Shown: positions 1-10,652, counted from the first letter of the stretch. The stretch is DNA of 64,000 nucleotides from an uncultured Bacteroidales bacterium (GCA_946411385.1 CAMKDV010000008.1:31492-95491); one strand, 5' to 3'. Notes: generated by a model from the letters alone, not told the origin. Program-made: numbers and translations.

Positions 1-861
1 CTGATCGTTAAGCATGGAGCCTCCCGCACGAGCAAAGAAAGCGTTGATATAGGCCTTCCAGTCATTGCCCAAATCGCCGTACTCAGGATGATAACCTCCC
101 CATTGTGCAGCATGGTGACATTCGTAGGTAAGATTCACGGGCAACTTTCCGCCAAAACGAAAACCTATATACTTATAGTGCAACATGGCGCCCTTGACAT
201 AACTGTCACCCGTCAGCCACGCGTGGGTCAAGCCGCCTTTCAGTTCAAAGTATCCGTAGCACCCCGGGAAAGCGGTATAGTGGTCGATGCCTATACTGAT
301 GCGCGGCATAGAAGGCGCGTTGGTCGTCAGCAGCAAGCCTCCCATGCTCAATGGTTCGTCTATAATGGAAGAGGAAAGCGGTGCTATACCTGCCGTCAGG
401 TCAAACAGGAATAACCGCACATGTGCATAAGCCTCCGGCAGATAAACGCCTCCGTGTTTCCACGCTCCACCTGCCGGCATTCTGAGCGAGAACGGATCCG
501 CCACGGCATTGTAGCACCGTGCGGCGGCCGTAAGATGGATGTCGTAGTCGTACCATCTGCCCGGCGTGACAGCACCTTTGTGCAGTCCTACAATCATATC
601 CCCGCTATAGGGCGTATGAGCCGTCATGCCTAACGTATTACTATGCAGCAGAAAAGGTGCAACGCTGCCCGTGGAAGCCAATCCTTGTAGCGTACAAGTC
701 GCATTCAGGCTACCTCTCAATTCACAGGTATCTGCCGTGCCGATACCGGTCGGCCACCATTCCCACGACAGACGCCGGCTGTCATTGCCCGGCTCTGCCC
801 ATAAGCACATACACACCAGCAGCAGTACCGCCATAACAATATGTCGGGATTTACTCTGCAT
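1..861 (-). CDS. Wzi-like (capsule-assembly family) outer-membrane protein, N-terminal 287 codons; 3' end lies beyond the window
   Basis: Absent from the ORF track because it has no stop in the window. Checked by hand: the reverse frame with ATG at 861-859 has no TTA/CTA/TCA triplet down to nt 1. The product starts MQSKSRHIVMAVLLLVCMCLWAEP (signal-like). It contains blocks APFLLHSNTLG, PSMPRISIGIDHYTAFPG and GGLTHAWLTGDSY that resemble Bacteroidales Wzi-family proteins as I remember them. It overlaps the stop of the upstream Kelch gene by 11 nt. Confidence 0.55.
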   Translation of the reverse strand, partial: MQSKSRHIVMAVLLLVCMCLWAEPGNDSRRLSWEWWPTGIGTADTCELRGSLNATCTLQGLASTGSVAPFLLHSNTLGMTAHTPYSGDMIVGLHKGAVTPGRWYDYDIHLTAAARCYNAVADPFSLRMPAGGAWKHGGVYLPEAYAHVRLFLFDLTAGIAPLSSSIIDEPLSMGGLLLTTNAPSMPRISIGIDHYTAFPGCYGYFELKGGLTHAWLTGDSYVKGAMLHYKYIGFRFGGKLPVNLTYECHHAAQWGGYHPEYGDLGNDWKAYINAFFARAGGSMLNDQ

Positions 862-1867
862 GCAAGCGGTAGAATTTAGAAGTAAGAATCAGATTGTCGT
901 TGCGCCAGGTTTCGCCTGAGCCGATATACACATCGTTTCCAATTCGGAACATCACATGGTTGCAGAGCGGTTCGGGCAGTGTGGCGACACGCGTCCAACT
1001 GTCGGCATCCGGATGATAGCATAGCACATCCTGTAGCACCTTGCCAGTAGTATTCAGTCCCCCATAGTGCAATCCACCGGCAAGATAGATGGCATCATCA
1101 GTCGCGGCACAGGCGCTCAGCGTGCGTTCGGGTGATGGCACCGCACTACACGACCGCCAATGGGCTTTCCCGCTTCCTTCCGGCACAAGTTCAGCCCACC
1201 AATTAAGGCTAAACCGCCTGTAACCGGTACCACCGAATAGACGGTTGTTCCATACCACACCCGTACCGCCAAAACAACGCGATGGATAGCCCATATAACT
1301 TACCTGCGTATCGATGCTATCCCATCGGTCGGCATCAATATCATAGCGGAAAATATCGCGCGTGTAGTTGCTGCGAAATCCGTATCCGGCATAGATGGTT
1401 GTTTCTCCGTTTTGGTCAAACGCCCAACTGATAACTTTGTCCGTTTCGCCGTTCGGATAGGGAGCAAGAGCAGTAAACGCACCCGTCTCCGGTTCATATC
1501 GATACCAGTCGCGAAGATAGGCAGAATCTTGGTAATAACCATCGCCGGCATAACCCATGCCTAAATATACTGCCCCATCCGCCACACACGCCGTGGCATT
1601 CACGCGCGCCTGAAGAGGCGTTTCGCCTAACGACGTCCATGTGTCGGTGGCAGGGTCGTACCGTAACAGGTCGTTCATGTATATATATTTGCCTTCGGCA
1701 TCCACACCACGTCCGCCAAACACGTACGCCTGACCACCATAAACGAAACATGTAGCGCAAGCCCTAACAGAAGGCATAGCGCTACATGGTGTCATTTGCT
1801 TCGGCTGCTCAGGCACGCTGCACCCTGCCAGCAGAACAATAAGCAGTATACATAGAACAATCGTCAT
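851..1867 (-). CDS. Kelch-repeat beta-propeller lipoprotein
   Basis: 338-aa ORF with the lipobox LLAGC at residues 13-16. Six Kelch-like blade signatures are present: VFGGRG, VYLGMGY, IYAGYGF, LFGGTGY, IYLAGGL, VYIGSGE. Confidence 0.7.
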   Translation of the reverse strand: MTIVLCILLIVLLAGCSVPEQPKQMTPCSAMPSVRACATCFVYGGQAYVFGGRGVDAEGKYIYMNDLLRYDPATDTWTSLGETPLQARVNATACVADGAVYLGMGYAGDGYYQDSAYLRDWYRYEPETGAFTALAPYPNGETDKVISWAFDQNGETTIYAGYGFRSNYTRDIFRYDIDADRWDSIDTQVSYMGYPSRCFGGTGVVWNNRLFGGTGYRRFSLNWWAELVPEGSGKAHWRSCSAVPSPERTLSACAATDDAIYLAGGLHYGGLNTTGKVLQDVLCYHPDADSWTRVATLPEPLCNHVMFRIGNDVYIGSGETWRNDNLILTSKFYRLHAE

Positions 1868-1873
1868 GTGTGA

Positions 1874-2617
1874 TTACTCCGCTTTCGTACGTCGTTTGAG
1901 TTCGAAATCCCTACCCAGGTAGTTCTTTCTTACTATCGGATTGGCAGCCAGCTCTTCCGGTGTACCGTGGAAAAGGATCTTGCCTTCAAACAGCAGATAC
2001 GCTCTATCCGTAATCGAAAGTGTCTCATCCACATTGTGGTCAGTGATGAGGATTCCTATGTTCTTATCCTTTAGTCGCCATACCACATCCTGTATCTCCT
2101 GTACGGCTATGGGGTCCACACCGGCAAACGGCTCGTCCAACATCACAAATTTCGGTTCGATAGCCAGACAACGGGCTATCTCCGTACGACGGCGCTCGCC
2201 ACCGCTAAGGCGGTCACCCAGATTCAAGCGTACATGCTCCAGATTGAACTCTTTGATCAGCTGTTCCAACTTCTCACGCTGGTACTCTTTGGAGAAGGTA
2301 GTCATCTCCAACACCGACAGGATATTATCCTCCACCGTCATTTTCCGGAACACCGACGCCTCTTGCGGCAGATAGCCTATACCCAACTGCGCGCGTTTGT
2401 ACATAGGGTACGAGGTGATATCGGTATCGTCCAGAAAGATCTTCCCGTGATTGGCGGTAATTAGACCGGTAGTCATATAGAACGTAGTGGTTTTACCCGC
2501 ACCGTTAGGTCCGAGCAAGCCGACTATCTCGCCTTGCTCCAGCTGAATACTCACATCGTTGACAACCGTTCGTTTGCCGTATTTTTTGTATAAATGTTCG
2601 GTTCGAAGTATTTGCAT
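1874..2617 (-). CDS. lptB: LPS export ABC transporter ATP-binding protein LptB
   Basis: 247 aa. Walker [10 protein letters not shown], signature LSGGERRR, Walker B FVMLDEP. Length and N-terminus ([15 protein letters not shown]) are typical of LptB. Confidence 0.85.
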   Translation of the reverse strand: MQILRTEHLYKKYGKRTVVNDVSIQLEQGEIVGLLGPNGAGKTTTFYMTTGLITANHGKIFLDDTDITSYPMYKRAQLGIGYLPQEASVFRKMTVEDNILSVLEMTTFSKEYQREKLEQLIKEFNLEHVRLNLGDRLSGGERRRTEIARCLAIEPKFVMLDEPFAGVDPIAVQEIQDVVWRLKDKNIGILITDHNVDETLSITDRAYLLFEGKILFHGTPEELAANPIVRKNYLGRDFELKRRTKAE

Positions 2618-2647
2618 GGTCAGGATATTATCGGATTCTGTCGAGAA

Positions 2648-3409
2648 CTACTCTAATTCAAGGGATACGGGACAATGGTCACTATGTACTGCTTCGCTAT
2701 GTATACGCGCGTCACGCAGCCTAGGGCGAAGCGACTCGCTTACCCAAAAGTAGTCGATACGCCAACCGGCGTTATGTGCCCTCGCTCCGGCGCGATACGA
2801 CCACCAACTGTACATCTCCGGTGCATCGCAGAACACGCGGAACGTATCTACCAACCCCGTCTCTTGCCAGCGATCCATCCATTCGCGCTCTTCGGGCAGA
2901 AAGCCGCTGACGCCCATCTGCCGTTCCGGATGATTGATATCAATAGGCTTGTGGCATATATTGAAATCGCCGCAGATGATTACATTCGGCCGCTCTTTGC
3001 GCAATTCGTTCAGCCAGCCCAAGAAAGCCTCCAGAAAATCCATCTTGAATTCCTGGCGGATATCTCCAGTCGTTCCGCTCGGAACGTACACACACACCAG
3101 CGTCACATCACCGAAATCTGCTCTGAGCACACGTCCCTCACGGTCATAACGATCCGAGTGCATACCCGCGACCACTTTGTCAGCCGGCTGTTTGCTGAAG
3201 ATACACACGCCGGAGTAACCTTTCTTTTCCGCTGAATGGATATAGGCAGTATAGCCTAATTCTGCGAATGCAGTCGTATCAATCTGCTCGGGTTGAGCCT
3301 TGCTCTCCTGGATGCAGAACACATCGGGATTGGCGCGGCGTACCCAGTCCAACAGCCCTTTACTCAAGGCTGACCGGATACCGTTGACGTTGTAGGAGAC
3401 GAGTTTCAT
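2648..3409 (-). CDS. xth: Exodeoxyribonuclease III (AP endonuclease)
   Basis: 253 aa. [13 protein letters not shown]...FCIQESK N-terminus and C-terminal SDHCPV motif of the ExoIII/APE1 family. Confidence 0.9.
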   Translation of the reverse strand: MKLVSYNVNGIRSALSKGLLDWVRRANPDVFCIQESKAQPEQIDTTAFAELGYTAYIHSAEKKGYSGVCIFSKQPADKVVAGMHSDRYDREGRVLRADFGDVTLVCVYVPSGTTGDIRQEFKMDFLEAFLGWLNELRKERPNVIICGDFNICHKPIDINHPERQMGVSGFLPEEREWMDRWQETGLVDTFRVFCDAPEMYSWWSYRAGARAHNAGWRIDYFWVSESLRPRLRDARIHSEAVHSDHCPVSLELE

Positions 3410-3410
3410 A

Positions 3411-5033
3411 TTATCTGCGATTACCTAAAATATCATAGTACAGACCATCCATCTCAATGAAGATCTGTCCGTTGCGGAATATCTTCTTTGCGGAAACGGC
3501 AGCCTCTTGTTCGGTATCTTCCACCGACAGGACAACCTGCTCACCGCCACCGTTAACGAGGAAAGTAACTATTCCGTCCTCCTCATCAATATGCGTTATT
3601 TGGTATGCATCTACATCCGTGAAGCTGTCGCTCCCTGCCGGATAAGCGTCCGTCAGTTTGCCCAGATAGCCGTTTTTAGGGTTGTTCTGGTTATACGACG
3701 GGGCACTACCGTCTGCCTCGATGATATCCACGCCCATGGATGAGGATGAGTTATTCACCGTATTGCCCGTCCATTTCGATTGGTTGAAATTGACCTTCGT
3801 TATGAGCAATCCGTGTCCGGGCAGGTACTCATCCCAGCCTTTCTTTTGGCGGTTCTCAAGCATATAGAATGTCTTCGGATTAGGATTGGTGCCTTGCATA
3901 TTGTGCGTTCCGGTGGATGTGATGATTCCCGCTACGTTATTCTCGCCCAACGGCCCCATCGTCACATTCGAAGCCTCATTGATCAGCGTAGGCTGCAACC
4001 AGCCCATAAAGAAACGCTCGTAGGCCGAATAGTTGGGAGGAGTGTTACCCTGGTTGTTGTAGGGTCCGTAGTCCAATATATCCCATGATCCCATCGTCTT
4101 ATGCGTGCCATCATTGGTGCAATAGAGGTCCGGCAAGCCGAGTACATGAGAGAATTCATGGCAGAATGTACCTATTCCGTCATGTTCATCGTCGAAGTAG
4201 TCCAACTCATTAGAGCAGGCATAATTGTCCACCGTCTTGCCGTCCACTACACAATTGACGTACGAATAAGTCAAATGATAATTGTGCGGCCAAATATAGT
4301 CATCACCTGCGCCATCCGCCTCTCCGTAGCCGGCATACAGAACGTACACAAAATCAACGTATCCGTCGTTATTATTGTCGTAGATGGTGAAATCCACTTG
4401 ATCTTCCACAGCCTCACATGCCTGCTTGATCATCTTTTCCACGTTCTTGTCGTTACCGTTGCGGTCATTGCCGCCGTAATACGAATAAGTCTGCGAAAGC
4501 GTGACAGGTCCCACTACGTCAAATACCGGATTATATTGCCCCATCGATGTGTCGTGGAAATATTGGCGCGCACTACCCTTGGAAGTAATAGTTATTCGCT
4601 TGCCGCTCTCGTTCGTACTGAAGTAACGGCGCTTGTAATCCAAACCGTTAATCATGGAGTCTATCTCCGCTATATCGGTCTTGAACGCGAGGTCGGCGAA
4701 ATTGACAAGGATCATCAGTCCACGCGGGGCTAGATTCAATTCCACGCCTGCCGCTTTCTGCTTGGCGGCCAACCTCGGATTCTTGGTCCAACGCTCGCGG
4801 CGTTCGTTCTCGGTAGGCAGAGCCGTACGCTCATACATACCGCGCTCATTGAGAGTAAGCTGGTACTGACCGTCAGCGGTCGTATAGTAATGATAGAACG
4901 CATCCCCATGCAGTCTGGCCTCTATGCTCGTGCCGTCAGACTGCTGAAGATGGATGATGCCTTGCCGGGCAGGTTTGGCCTGTGCCGACAAAACAAGCGC
5001 TATTAGCGCGATAAATATGCTTATGCGTTTCAT
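3411..5033 (-). CDS. Secreted M6-like (immune inhibitor A-type) zinc metalloprotease with conserved C-terminal motif
   Basis: 540 aa with a signal peptide. Zinc motif [15 protein letters not shown] (HExxH). N-terminal pro-domain-like block [27 protein letters not shown]-terminus [25 protein letters not shown]. Confidence 0.75.
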   Translation of the reverse strand: MKRISIFIALIALVLSAQAKPARQGIIHLQQSDGTSIEARLHGDAFYHYYTTADGQYQLTLNERGMYERTALPTENERRERWTKNPRLAAKQKAAGVELNLAPRGLMILVNFADLAFKTDIAEIDSMINGLDYKRRYFSTNESGKRITITSKGSARQYFHDTSMGQYNPVFDVVGPVTLSQTYSYYGGNDRNGNDKNVEKMIKQACEAVEDQVDFTIYDNNNDGYVDFVYVLYAGYGEADGAGDDYIWPHNYHLTYSYVNCVVDGKTVDNYACSNELDYFDDEHDGIGTFCHEFSHVLGLPDLYCTNDGTHKTMGSWDILDYGPYNNQGNTPPNYSAYERFFMGWLQPTLINEASNVTMGPLGENNVAGIITSTGTHNMQGTNPNPKTFYMLENRQKKGWDEYLPGHGLLITKVNFNQSKWTGNTVNNSSSSMGVDIIEADGSAPSYNQNNPKNGYLGKLTDAYPAGSDSFTDVDAYQITHIDEEDGIVTFLVNGGGEQVVLSVEDTEQEAAVSAKKIFRNGQIFIEMDGLYYDILGNRR

Positions 5034-5045
5034 TGAATATAAACT

Positions 5046-6557
5046 TTAGTCTTCTTGCTTGATGCCATACAGGTTGTATGTTCCTGACGGCGTGTGGATG
5101 ATTACCTCTCCGTCACGGATGGTGCGATATACCTTCAGTTCTATCGGCTCTACGGGCAATCTTGTTCCGATGCTGTCGGTATCTTGGGGTATTGTATCAC
5201 CGCCGCGGTAGGCGAACGAAATCAATCCGTCAACCATCGTGATGTCAGTCAGTTCATGATCGGCTATCCCGCTGTAGAAAGTTGCACCGTGAGGAAACAG
5301 ATCTCCCGCCTTGCCTACGTATCCGTTGTAGGTGTCAGTTTTCGGCTTCAACCCGTCTGCTTCGATTAGATCCACGCCTTGCGCATTCTCCGTATTATTC
5401 ACGGTGTTATTCCCCCATTTGGTTTTGTTGTACGTGATATGCGTCATCAGCATTCCGCTTGCCGGCAAATAGCTGTCCCAGCCCGTCTGCTGGCGATTTT
5501 CCAGCAAGTAGTACGATGCGGGATTCGGATTCTGGCAGTTCATGTTATGCGTATCCGTCTCACTGATGAGGTAAGCGGTATTGGTGGTGGATAGACTACC
5601 CAACGTCAAGTCAGCCGGTTCCGTGATGAGCGTAGGTGTAAGCCAGCCTAAGAAAAAACGCTCGTACGCCGATAGACCTGCCGGAGTACACAAATCGTTG
5701 TTATATAGCCCATAGCACATCAGATCCCACGAACTTAATGTCTTATGCAATGCGCCGTTGGTAGTATATAGGTCCGGCAAACCCAAAGCATGGCAGAACT
5801 CGTGACATGCTACGCCTATACCTGACACCACATATACCGTCTCCGACGACGCCAAACCGTTCAACTCGTTGCTATACTCCATAGCTGAAACCGTCTTGCC
5901 GTCAAACACGCGCGGATTACTGCCGCAGCCCGCACCTTCCACGGTCCAGTATTGCGGCCATATCAAGTCATTGATCTGCGCATCGGTCATCCATATCGGG
6001 ACGTCATTCTCGCCAAAACCTGCATAGAAGACATACACCAGATCAACATATCCGTCGTTATTGGAGTCGTATTGCGTAAAATCCACCTGATCATCTACCA
6101 GCGCGCATGCCTCCGTCACCATGTATCCGGCTTTTGAGCTGCTGATTGATCCGCTGTTGGCGCCATAATAGCCGTAGTTGTGCGACAGCGTTACCGGTCC
6201 CACCACATCAAACTGAGGATTGTATTGCCCCATCGACTGATCGTAGAAATATTGGCGCAAACTACCTGTAGCACCATCCTTGGTCCAATTCTGACCGTTG
6301 AACATCGAGTCGATTTCAGCTATCGTATTGACAAGAGTGAAGTCGGTAAAATTCACGGCAATAACTATTATCCTCGGGATAATATTTCTTTCTCCCACGC
6401 CATTGGTCGCTGCGGGCATCAGCCTTCTGTTCAGTTCAACAGCGTGTTGCGCCTGCCAATCTGCCCATCTTGACGGATCACGCGGAGGAACAATCGCTGC
6501 TGCCATCAGCGACACACACAAACCTATTGCCAATATGCTCAAACGATGCATAACCAT
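5046..6557 (-). CDS. Secreted M6-like zinc metalloprotease, tandem paralogue lacking the N-terminal pro-domain
   Basis: 503 aa. ACHEFCHALGLPDLY motif. Collinear similarity to 3411-5033 ([29 protein letters not shown]). Own hydrophobic signal-like N-terminus. C-terminus RTIRDGEVIIHTPSGTYNLYGIKQED. Confidence 0.75.
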   Translation of the reverse strand: MVMHRLSILAIGLCVSLMAAAIVPPRDPSRWADWQAQHAVELNRRLMPAATNGVGERNIIPRIIVIAVNFTDFTLVNTIAEIDSMFNGQNWTKDGATGSLRQYFYDQSMGQYNPQFDVVGPVTLSHNYGYYGANSGSISSSKAGYMVTEACALVDDQVDFTQYDSNNDGYVDLVYVFYAGFGENDVPIWMTDAQINDLIWPQYWTVEGAGCGSNPRVFDGKTVSAMEYSNELNGLASSETVYVVSGIGVACHEFCHALGLPDLYTTNGALHKTLSSWDLMCYGLYNNDLCTPAGLSAYERFFLGWLTPTLITEPADLTLGSLSTTNTAYLISETDTHNMNCQNPNPASYYLLENRQQTGWDSYLPASGMLMTHITYNKTKWGNNTVNNTENAQGVDLIEADGLKPKTDTYNGYVGKAGDLFPHGATFYSGIADHELTDITMVDGLISFAYRGGDTIPQDTDSIGTRLPVEPIELKVYRTIRDGEVIIHTPSGTYNLYGIKQED

Positions 6558-6572
6558 GTCGTTTTCTTTCGA

Positions 6573-6932
6573 TTAAACTTTGCGTATACCATGACGCTCC
6601 AACCAGCGATTCTCACATTTCGTGCGCTTGTCGGCATCATGGGCTTGCTTTCTTGTCACAACAGGGATGATCTCTTTCTTGCCATCCTTTTTCACCACAC
6701 GACGCTTGCAATAGCAGATCTTTCCTTTGTCGTTCTCACGAATCTGCCAGCCGTCGATGGTCATCATAAAATGCATGTGCTCGTCACCGCGGAGGAAGAC
6801 ATGCAGCGTATCGCCGTCAGGCTGTACGCGCTCGATCTGACCGGGATAGGCGGGAACGCGTGCAGGTTTCTGAGCCTGAGCATTCAGAGTCAACACGATA
6901 AGCGACAATAGGATAAAAAGATATTTTTTCAT
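6573..6932 (-). CDS. Small secreted protein homologous to the N-terminal pro-domain of the neighbouring M6-like protease
   Basis: 119 aa with signal peptide MKKYLFILLSLIVLTLNAQA. The block VQPDGDTLHVFLRGDEHMHFMMTIDG parallels [26 protein letters not shown] of ORF 3411-5033. It is in the same reading frame as ORF 5046-6557, separated by one TAA plus 5 codons. Confidence 0.6.
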   Translation of the reverse strand: MKKYLFILLSLIVLTLNAQAQKPARVPAYPGQIERVQPDGDTLHVFLRGDEHMHFMMTIDGWQIRENDKGKICYCKRRVVKKDGKKEIIPVVTRKQAHDADKRTKCENRWLERHGIRKV

Positions 6933-6947
6933 ATGCTTGCTAACTGT

Positions 6948-7706
6948 TTATTTATGAACTTTCTGTATTTCTTTGTACAACTTAGAGGCAAACACAAACT
7001 GATTAAGTGCCTCGTTGTCTGCATGGAAGATATCGTCTCTCGAACCTTCCCACTCTTTCTTGCCTCCTTTGAGAAACAAGATATGATCACCCACCTCCAT
7101 AATGGAGTTCATATCATGCGTGTTGACTACCGTGCAGATATTATACTCCCGCGTAATATCCTGTATCAGTTTGTCTATCACCAGCGAGGTCTGCGGATCC
7201 AATCCCGAGTTAGGCTCGTCGCAGAACAGATATTTCGGGTTGAGTGCTATCGCCCGCGCTATAGCCACTCGCTTCTGCATTCCTCCTGATATCTCGGACG
7301 GCATCAGCGCCAAAGCATGTTCGGCTATCTGCACGCGTTTCAAGCAGAAGCGTGCTCTATCTTCCATCTCTTCTTTCGGCATATGGGCGAACATCTGCAG
7401 CGGAAACAATACATTCTCCAACACCGTCATCGAGTCGAAGAGCGCAGAACCTTGAAACAGCACCCCTACTTCGCGATGCAGCATCCTTACCTCATATTCT
7501 TTCATCTGCGGCAGGTTGCGGCCGTCGTACTCTATGCGTCCCGAGTCAATGGTGTGGATACCAAGCAGCGACTTGAGCAATACCGTCTTGCCGCTACCCG
7601 ACTGACCGATGATCATGTTTACCTGACCATCGGCAAAGGTGGCATTCACATGGTCGAGCACCTGTATGCCGTCAAACGATTTTACTATGTCTATCGTCTC
7701 TATCAT
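6948..7706 (-). CDS. ABC transporter ATP-binding protein, MlaF-like
   Basis: 252 aa. Walker A GQSGSGKT, signature ISGGMQKR, Walker B LFCDEP. Directly downstream of an MlaE-like permease. Confidence 0.8.
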   Translation of the reverse strand: MIETIDIVKSFDGIQVLDHVNATFADGQVNMIIGQSGSGKTVLLKSLLGIHTIDSGRIEYDGRNLPQMKEYEVRMLHREVGVLFQGSALFDSMTVLENVLFPLQMFAHMPKEEMEDRARFCLKRVQIAEHALALMPSEISGGMQKRVAIARAIALNPKYLFCDEPNSGLDPQTSLVIDKLIQDITREYNICTVVNTHDMNSIMEVGDHILFLKGGKKEWEGSRDDIFHADNEALNQFVFASKLYKEIQKVHK

Positions 7707-7712
7707 TTTCCC

Positions 7713-8450
7713 TTACAGCAACAAGCGGCTCAGCACCAGATCCAACAACAAAATCAAAATATTCGAGTTCACCACCGCATTCGTTGATGCCTTACCTACC
7801 TCCAAGGCTCCGCCTTTGGCGGTATAGCCGTAATAGGCTGACAGCGAGGTGATAACATAAGCAAAGAACAGCGATTTGATGATCCCGTACCACACAAAAT
7901 ACGGATTGAACGCATATTGGATTCCCACCAGATAGTCCGCTACCGTAATAATATCCGTGAACGCGCCTACCGCCCAACCGCCAATCAGACCGATGGTCGT
8001 GGATATAATAACCAGCATCGGCATCATCGTCACAAACGCCATGATCTTGGGCAGAATAAGGTAGTTGGCTGAGTTCACGCCCATAATCTCCATCGCATCG
8101 ATCTGTTCGGTGATACGCATCGTGCCTATCTCCGAAGCAATATTTGATCCTACCTTTCCCGCCAATATCAGACACAAGATCGTTGACGAGAACTCCAGCA
8201 GCAAGGTCTCTCGGGTGAGCAAACCTACTATATACGTCGGAAGGAAAGGATTCTCGGTGTTGATCTTCGCCTGAATAGTCAGGATAGCACCGATGAACAG
8301 CGAGATTACAATCACAATCGGCAACGACTGCAAGCCTTGCTTCTCCAGTTCGCGGCTGTACTGACGCCAGAACATCCGCTGCCTGTCAGGCAGACGGAAA
8401 ACTTTCGCCATCAGCATCCAATATTCGCCTAAGTGTTGTATTATCTTCAT
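7713..8450 (-). CDS. MlaE-family ABC transporter permease
   Basis: 245 aa, multi-TM, with the conserved RITEQIDAMEIMG block typical of MlaE/Ttg2B permeases. Confidence 0.8.
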   Translation of the reverse strand: MKIIQHLGEYWMLMAKVFRLPDRQRMFWRQYSRELEKQGLQSLPIVIVISLFIGAILTIQAKINTENPFLPTYIVGLLTRETLLLEFSSTILCLILAGKVGSNIASEIGTMRITEQIDAMEIMGVNSANYLILPKIMAFVTMMPMLVIISTTIGLIGGWAVGAFTDIITVADYLVGIQYAFNPYFVWYGIIKSLFFAYVITSLSAYYGYTAKGGALEVGKASTNAVVNSNILILLLDLVLSRLLL

Positions 8451-8484
8451 TTTCTGTTCTTTCCTTATCTTCTATCAGCAGTTT

Positions 8485-9834
8485 CTACTGCTTAAACAGC
8501 ATCCGTACGGCATCCGTCACACGGGCCACCTCAATAATCTGAATGCTGCTAACCGGGGCATGTTTCTGCCCGGACGGAATAAGTATCCGTTTGAATCCCA
8601 ATTTGCGTGCTTCGGCTATACGCTGGTCTATACGGTTCACCGGTCGTATCTCACCTGCCAATCCCACCTCACCTGTCATGCAGCAATCCGTAGGCAGAGC
8701 TATATCCATCGATGACGACAGTACAGCCAGCAGCACCGCCAGATCGATAGCCGGATCGTTCACCCGTATACCGCCGGCTATGTTGAGGAACACATCTTTC
8801 TGCAGCAACTTGAATCCTATCCGTTTTTCCAGTACCGCCAGCAGCATATTCAGCCGGCGTGCATCAAAGCCTGTGGACGAACGTTGCGGCGTGCCGTAGG
8901 CTGCCGACGATGCCAAGGCCTGCACCTCAATCAGCAACGGTCTCACACCCTCCACCGCTACGGCGATGGCTATACCCGACAAGCCGTCACGGTTATTGCT
9001 CAGCAGCAGCTCCGAAGGGTTAGTCACCTCGCGCAGACCATCTTGCTGCATCTCAAAGATGCCTATCTCCGAGGTCGAACCGAAGCGGTTCTTTTGTGCC
9101 CGTAGCACGCGGTACATGTAGTGTTGGTCACCCTCGAACTGCAACACGGTATCCACCATGTGTTCCAACACCTTCGGACCGGCCAACGCTCCGTCTTTCG
9201 TGATATGTCCTACGATGACGAAAGGCACATTGTGCTCTTTGGCGTATTGCAGCAGCCGTGCCGCACATTCCCGTACCTGCGTCAGTGAACCGATGGTAGC
9301 CTCCACGGCTTCCGTACCGATGGTCTGTATCGAATCGATCACCACCACCTCCGGCTTCAGGCTCTTGACATGCTCCAGTATCTTCTCCAGTGAAGTCTCC
9401 GACACAATGTACAGGTTCTCCGGCTGACCGCTAATCCTCTCCGAGCGCAGTTTGATCTGCTTGAGCGATTCCTCACCGCTGGCGTAGAGCGTCACGGTCT
9501 GTCCCAGTTGCATCAATACCTGCAAAGCCAGCGTCGATTTGCCTATACCCGGCTCACCGCCAAGCAGCACCAACGAGCCGGGCACCAATCCGCCGCCCAA
9601 CACGCGGTTCAGTTCGCCGCAATGCATGTCGAGCCGCATATCTTCCTGTACGCTCACCTCCTGGATCTTCTGCACCGCCGAACCGCTGCGTTGCCGCACG
9701 CCTTTTGCCGGCGTAGCGGGCTGCGACACCTCCTCTTCCAGCGTTCCCCACGATCCGCACACCGGGCAACGCCCAAGCATCTGCGGCGCATGTGCCCCGC
9801 AGTTCGAACATACATATGTTACGGTCGCTTTCAC
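8485..9834 (-). CDS. radA: DNA repair protein RadA
   Basis: 449 aa. N-terminal zinc ribbon CSNCG...CPVCGSWG, Walker A GEPGIGKST, KNRFG motif, C-terminal Lon-like domain. The first codon at 9834-9832 is GTG on the minus strand, so the ORF track evidently allows alternative starts. Confidence 0.9.
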   Translation of the reverse strand: MKATVTYVCSNCGAHAPQMLGRCPVCGSWGTLEEEVSQPATPAKGVRQRSGSAVQKIQEVSVQEDMRLDMHCGELNRVLGGGLVPGSLVLLGGEPGIGKSTLALQVLMQLGQTVTLYASGEESLKQIKLRSERISGQPENLYIVSETSLEKILEHVKSLKPEVVVIDSIQTIGTEAVEATIGSLTQVRECAARLLQYAKEHNVPFVIVGHITKDGALAGPKVLEHMVDTVLQFEGDQHYMYRVLRAQKNRFGSTSEIGIFEMQQDGLREVTNPSELLLSNNRDGLSGIAIAVAVEGVRPLLIEVQALASSAAYGTPQRSSTGFDARRLNMLLAVLEKRIGFKLLQKDVFLNIAGGIRVNDPAIDLAVLLAVLSSSMDIALPTDCCMTGEVGLAGEIRPVNRIDQRIAEARKLGFKRILIPSGQKHAPVSSIQIIEVARVTDAVRMLFKQ

Positions 9835-9869
9835 CTCTAATCTCTAAACTCTAAACACTAAACTCTCAA
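9835..9869. repeat. 7-nt periodic array (TCTCTAA ACTCTAA ACACTAA ACTCTCA) filling the rnz-radA spacer
   Basis: Read directly. It fills the whole spacer between the rnz stop (9870) and the radA start (9834). Confidence 0.7.
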
Positions 9870-10652
9870 CTAAATACCGTAGGTCTGGCACTCCTCAGCC
9901 ATGACGGTATTCGGGAAAACGGCTTGCGCCTCCTCAAGGAATAGCTTGTGGTTATCCACACGCGCCGAGTAGTGACCAATGATCAGTTGCTCCACATTCG
10001 CCTTCTTGGCTATCGTGGCTGCCTGTGCGGCGGTTGAATGCATCGTGCCTTTGCAGCGGTCGGCGTATTGCTCAATATAAGTGGATTCGTGATATAGCAC
10101 CTTAACGCCCTCAATGATAGGTACGATCTTCTCCGTGTACTGCGTATCCGAGCAATAAGCATAGCGCTTCACCGGCTCCTGGTCGCGATGATGTTCCGTG
10201 AACAGGAATCCGCAGGTCGGCACTTTGTGCTTCAATGGGATTGTAGTCACCGTCACCGTCCTGTCCTCAAAGATCACTTCCGACTTGCGCGGGTCTATCG
10301 GGTGGAAAATCACCTCGTACGACATTCCCTCGCAATGGTAGTTCAGCCAAGGCATCATCAGTTGCTCCATATCCTTGTGCGCATAGATATGCAGCGGCTG
10401 CGTACGCCCCATCATCGAGAAGGTCGAGATCAGTCCTACCAACCCGAAACAATGGTCGCCATGCAGGTGAGAGATGAAGATGCTGTACAGTCGAGCCGTC
10501 TTCAGCGCCATCCGCCGGAACCATATCTGGCTTCCCTCGCCGCAATCAATCATAAACGACTTGTCACAAATCTCCAGCACCTGACAGGCAGGCGAGTTCT
10601 GAAATGTGGGTAGCGCACTACCACAGCCTAATATGTGCAGTTCGTTGTTCAC
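9870..10652 (-). CDS. rnz: Ribonuclease Z (MBL-fold tRNA 3' endonuclease)
   Basis: 260 aa. LHILGCGSALPT...MIDCGEGSQ...FISHLHGDHCFGL motifs of RNase Z. Shorter than the roughly 300-aa form I remember. Confidence 0.75.
   Translation of the reverse strand: MNNELHILGCGSALPTFQNSPACQVLEICDKSFMIDCGEGSQIWFRRMALKTARLYSIFISHLHGDHCFGLVGLISTFSMMGRTQPLHIYAHKDMEQLMMPWLNYHCEGMSYEVIFHPIDPRKSEVIFEDRTVTVTTIPLKHKVPTCGFLFTEHHRDQEPVKRYAYCSDTQYTEKIVPIIEGVKVLYHESTYIEQYADRCKGTMHSTAAQAATIAKKANVEQLIIGHYSARVDNHKLFLEEAQAVFPNTVMAEECQTYGI

Noticed and set aside
5046-6932. Calling the split M6 paralogue a simple nonsense-mutation pseudogene.
   Set aside because: The downstream ORF begins with its own ATG and a signal-like hydrophobic segment that has no counterpart in the intact paralogue. 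Both parts are otherwise intact. It is therefore reported as a finding to be tested rather than as a pseudogene.
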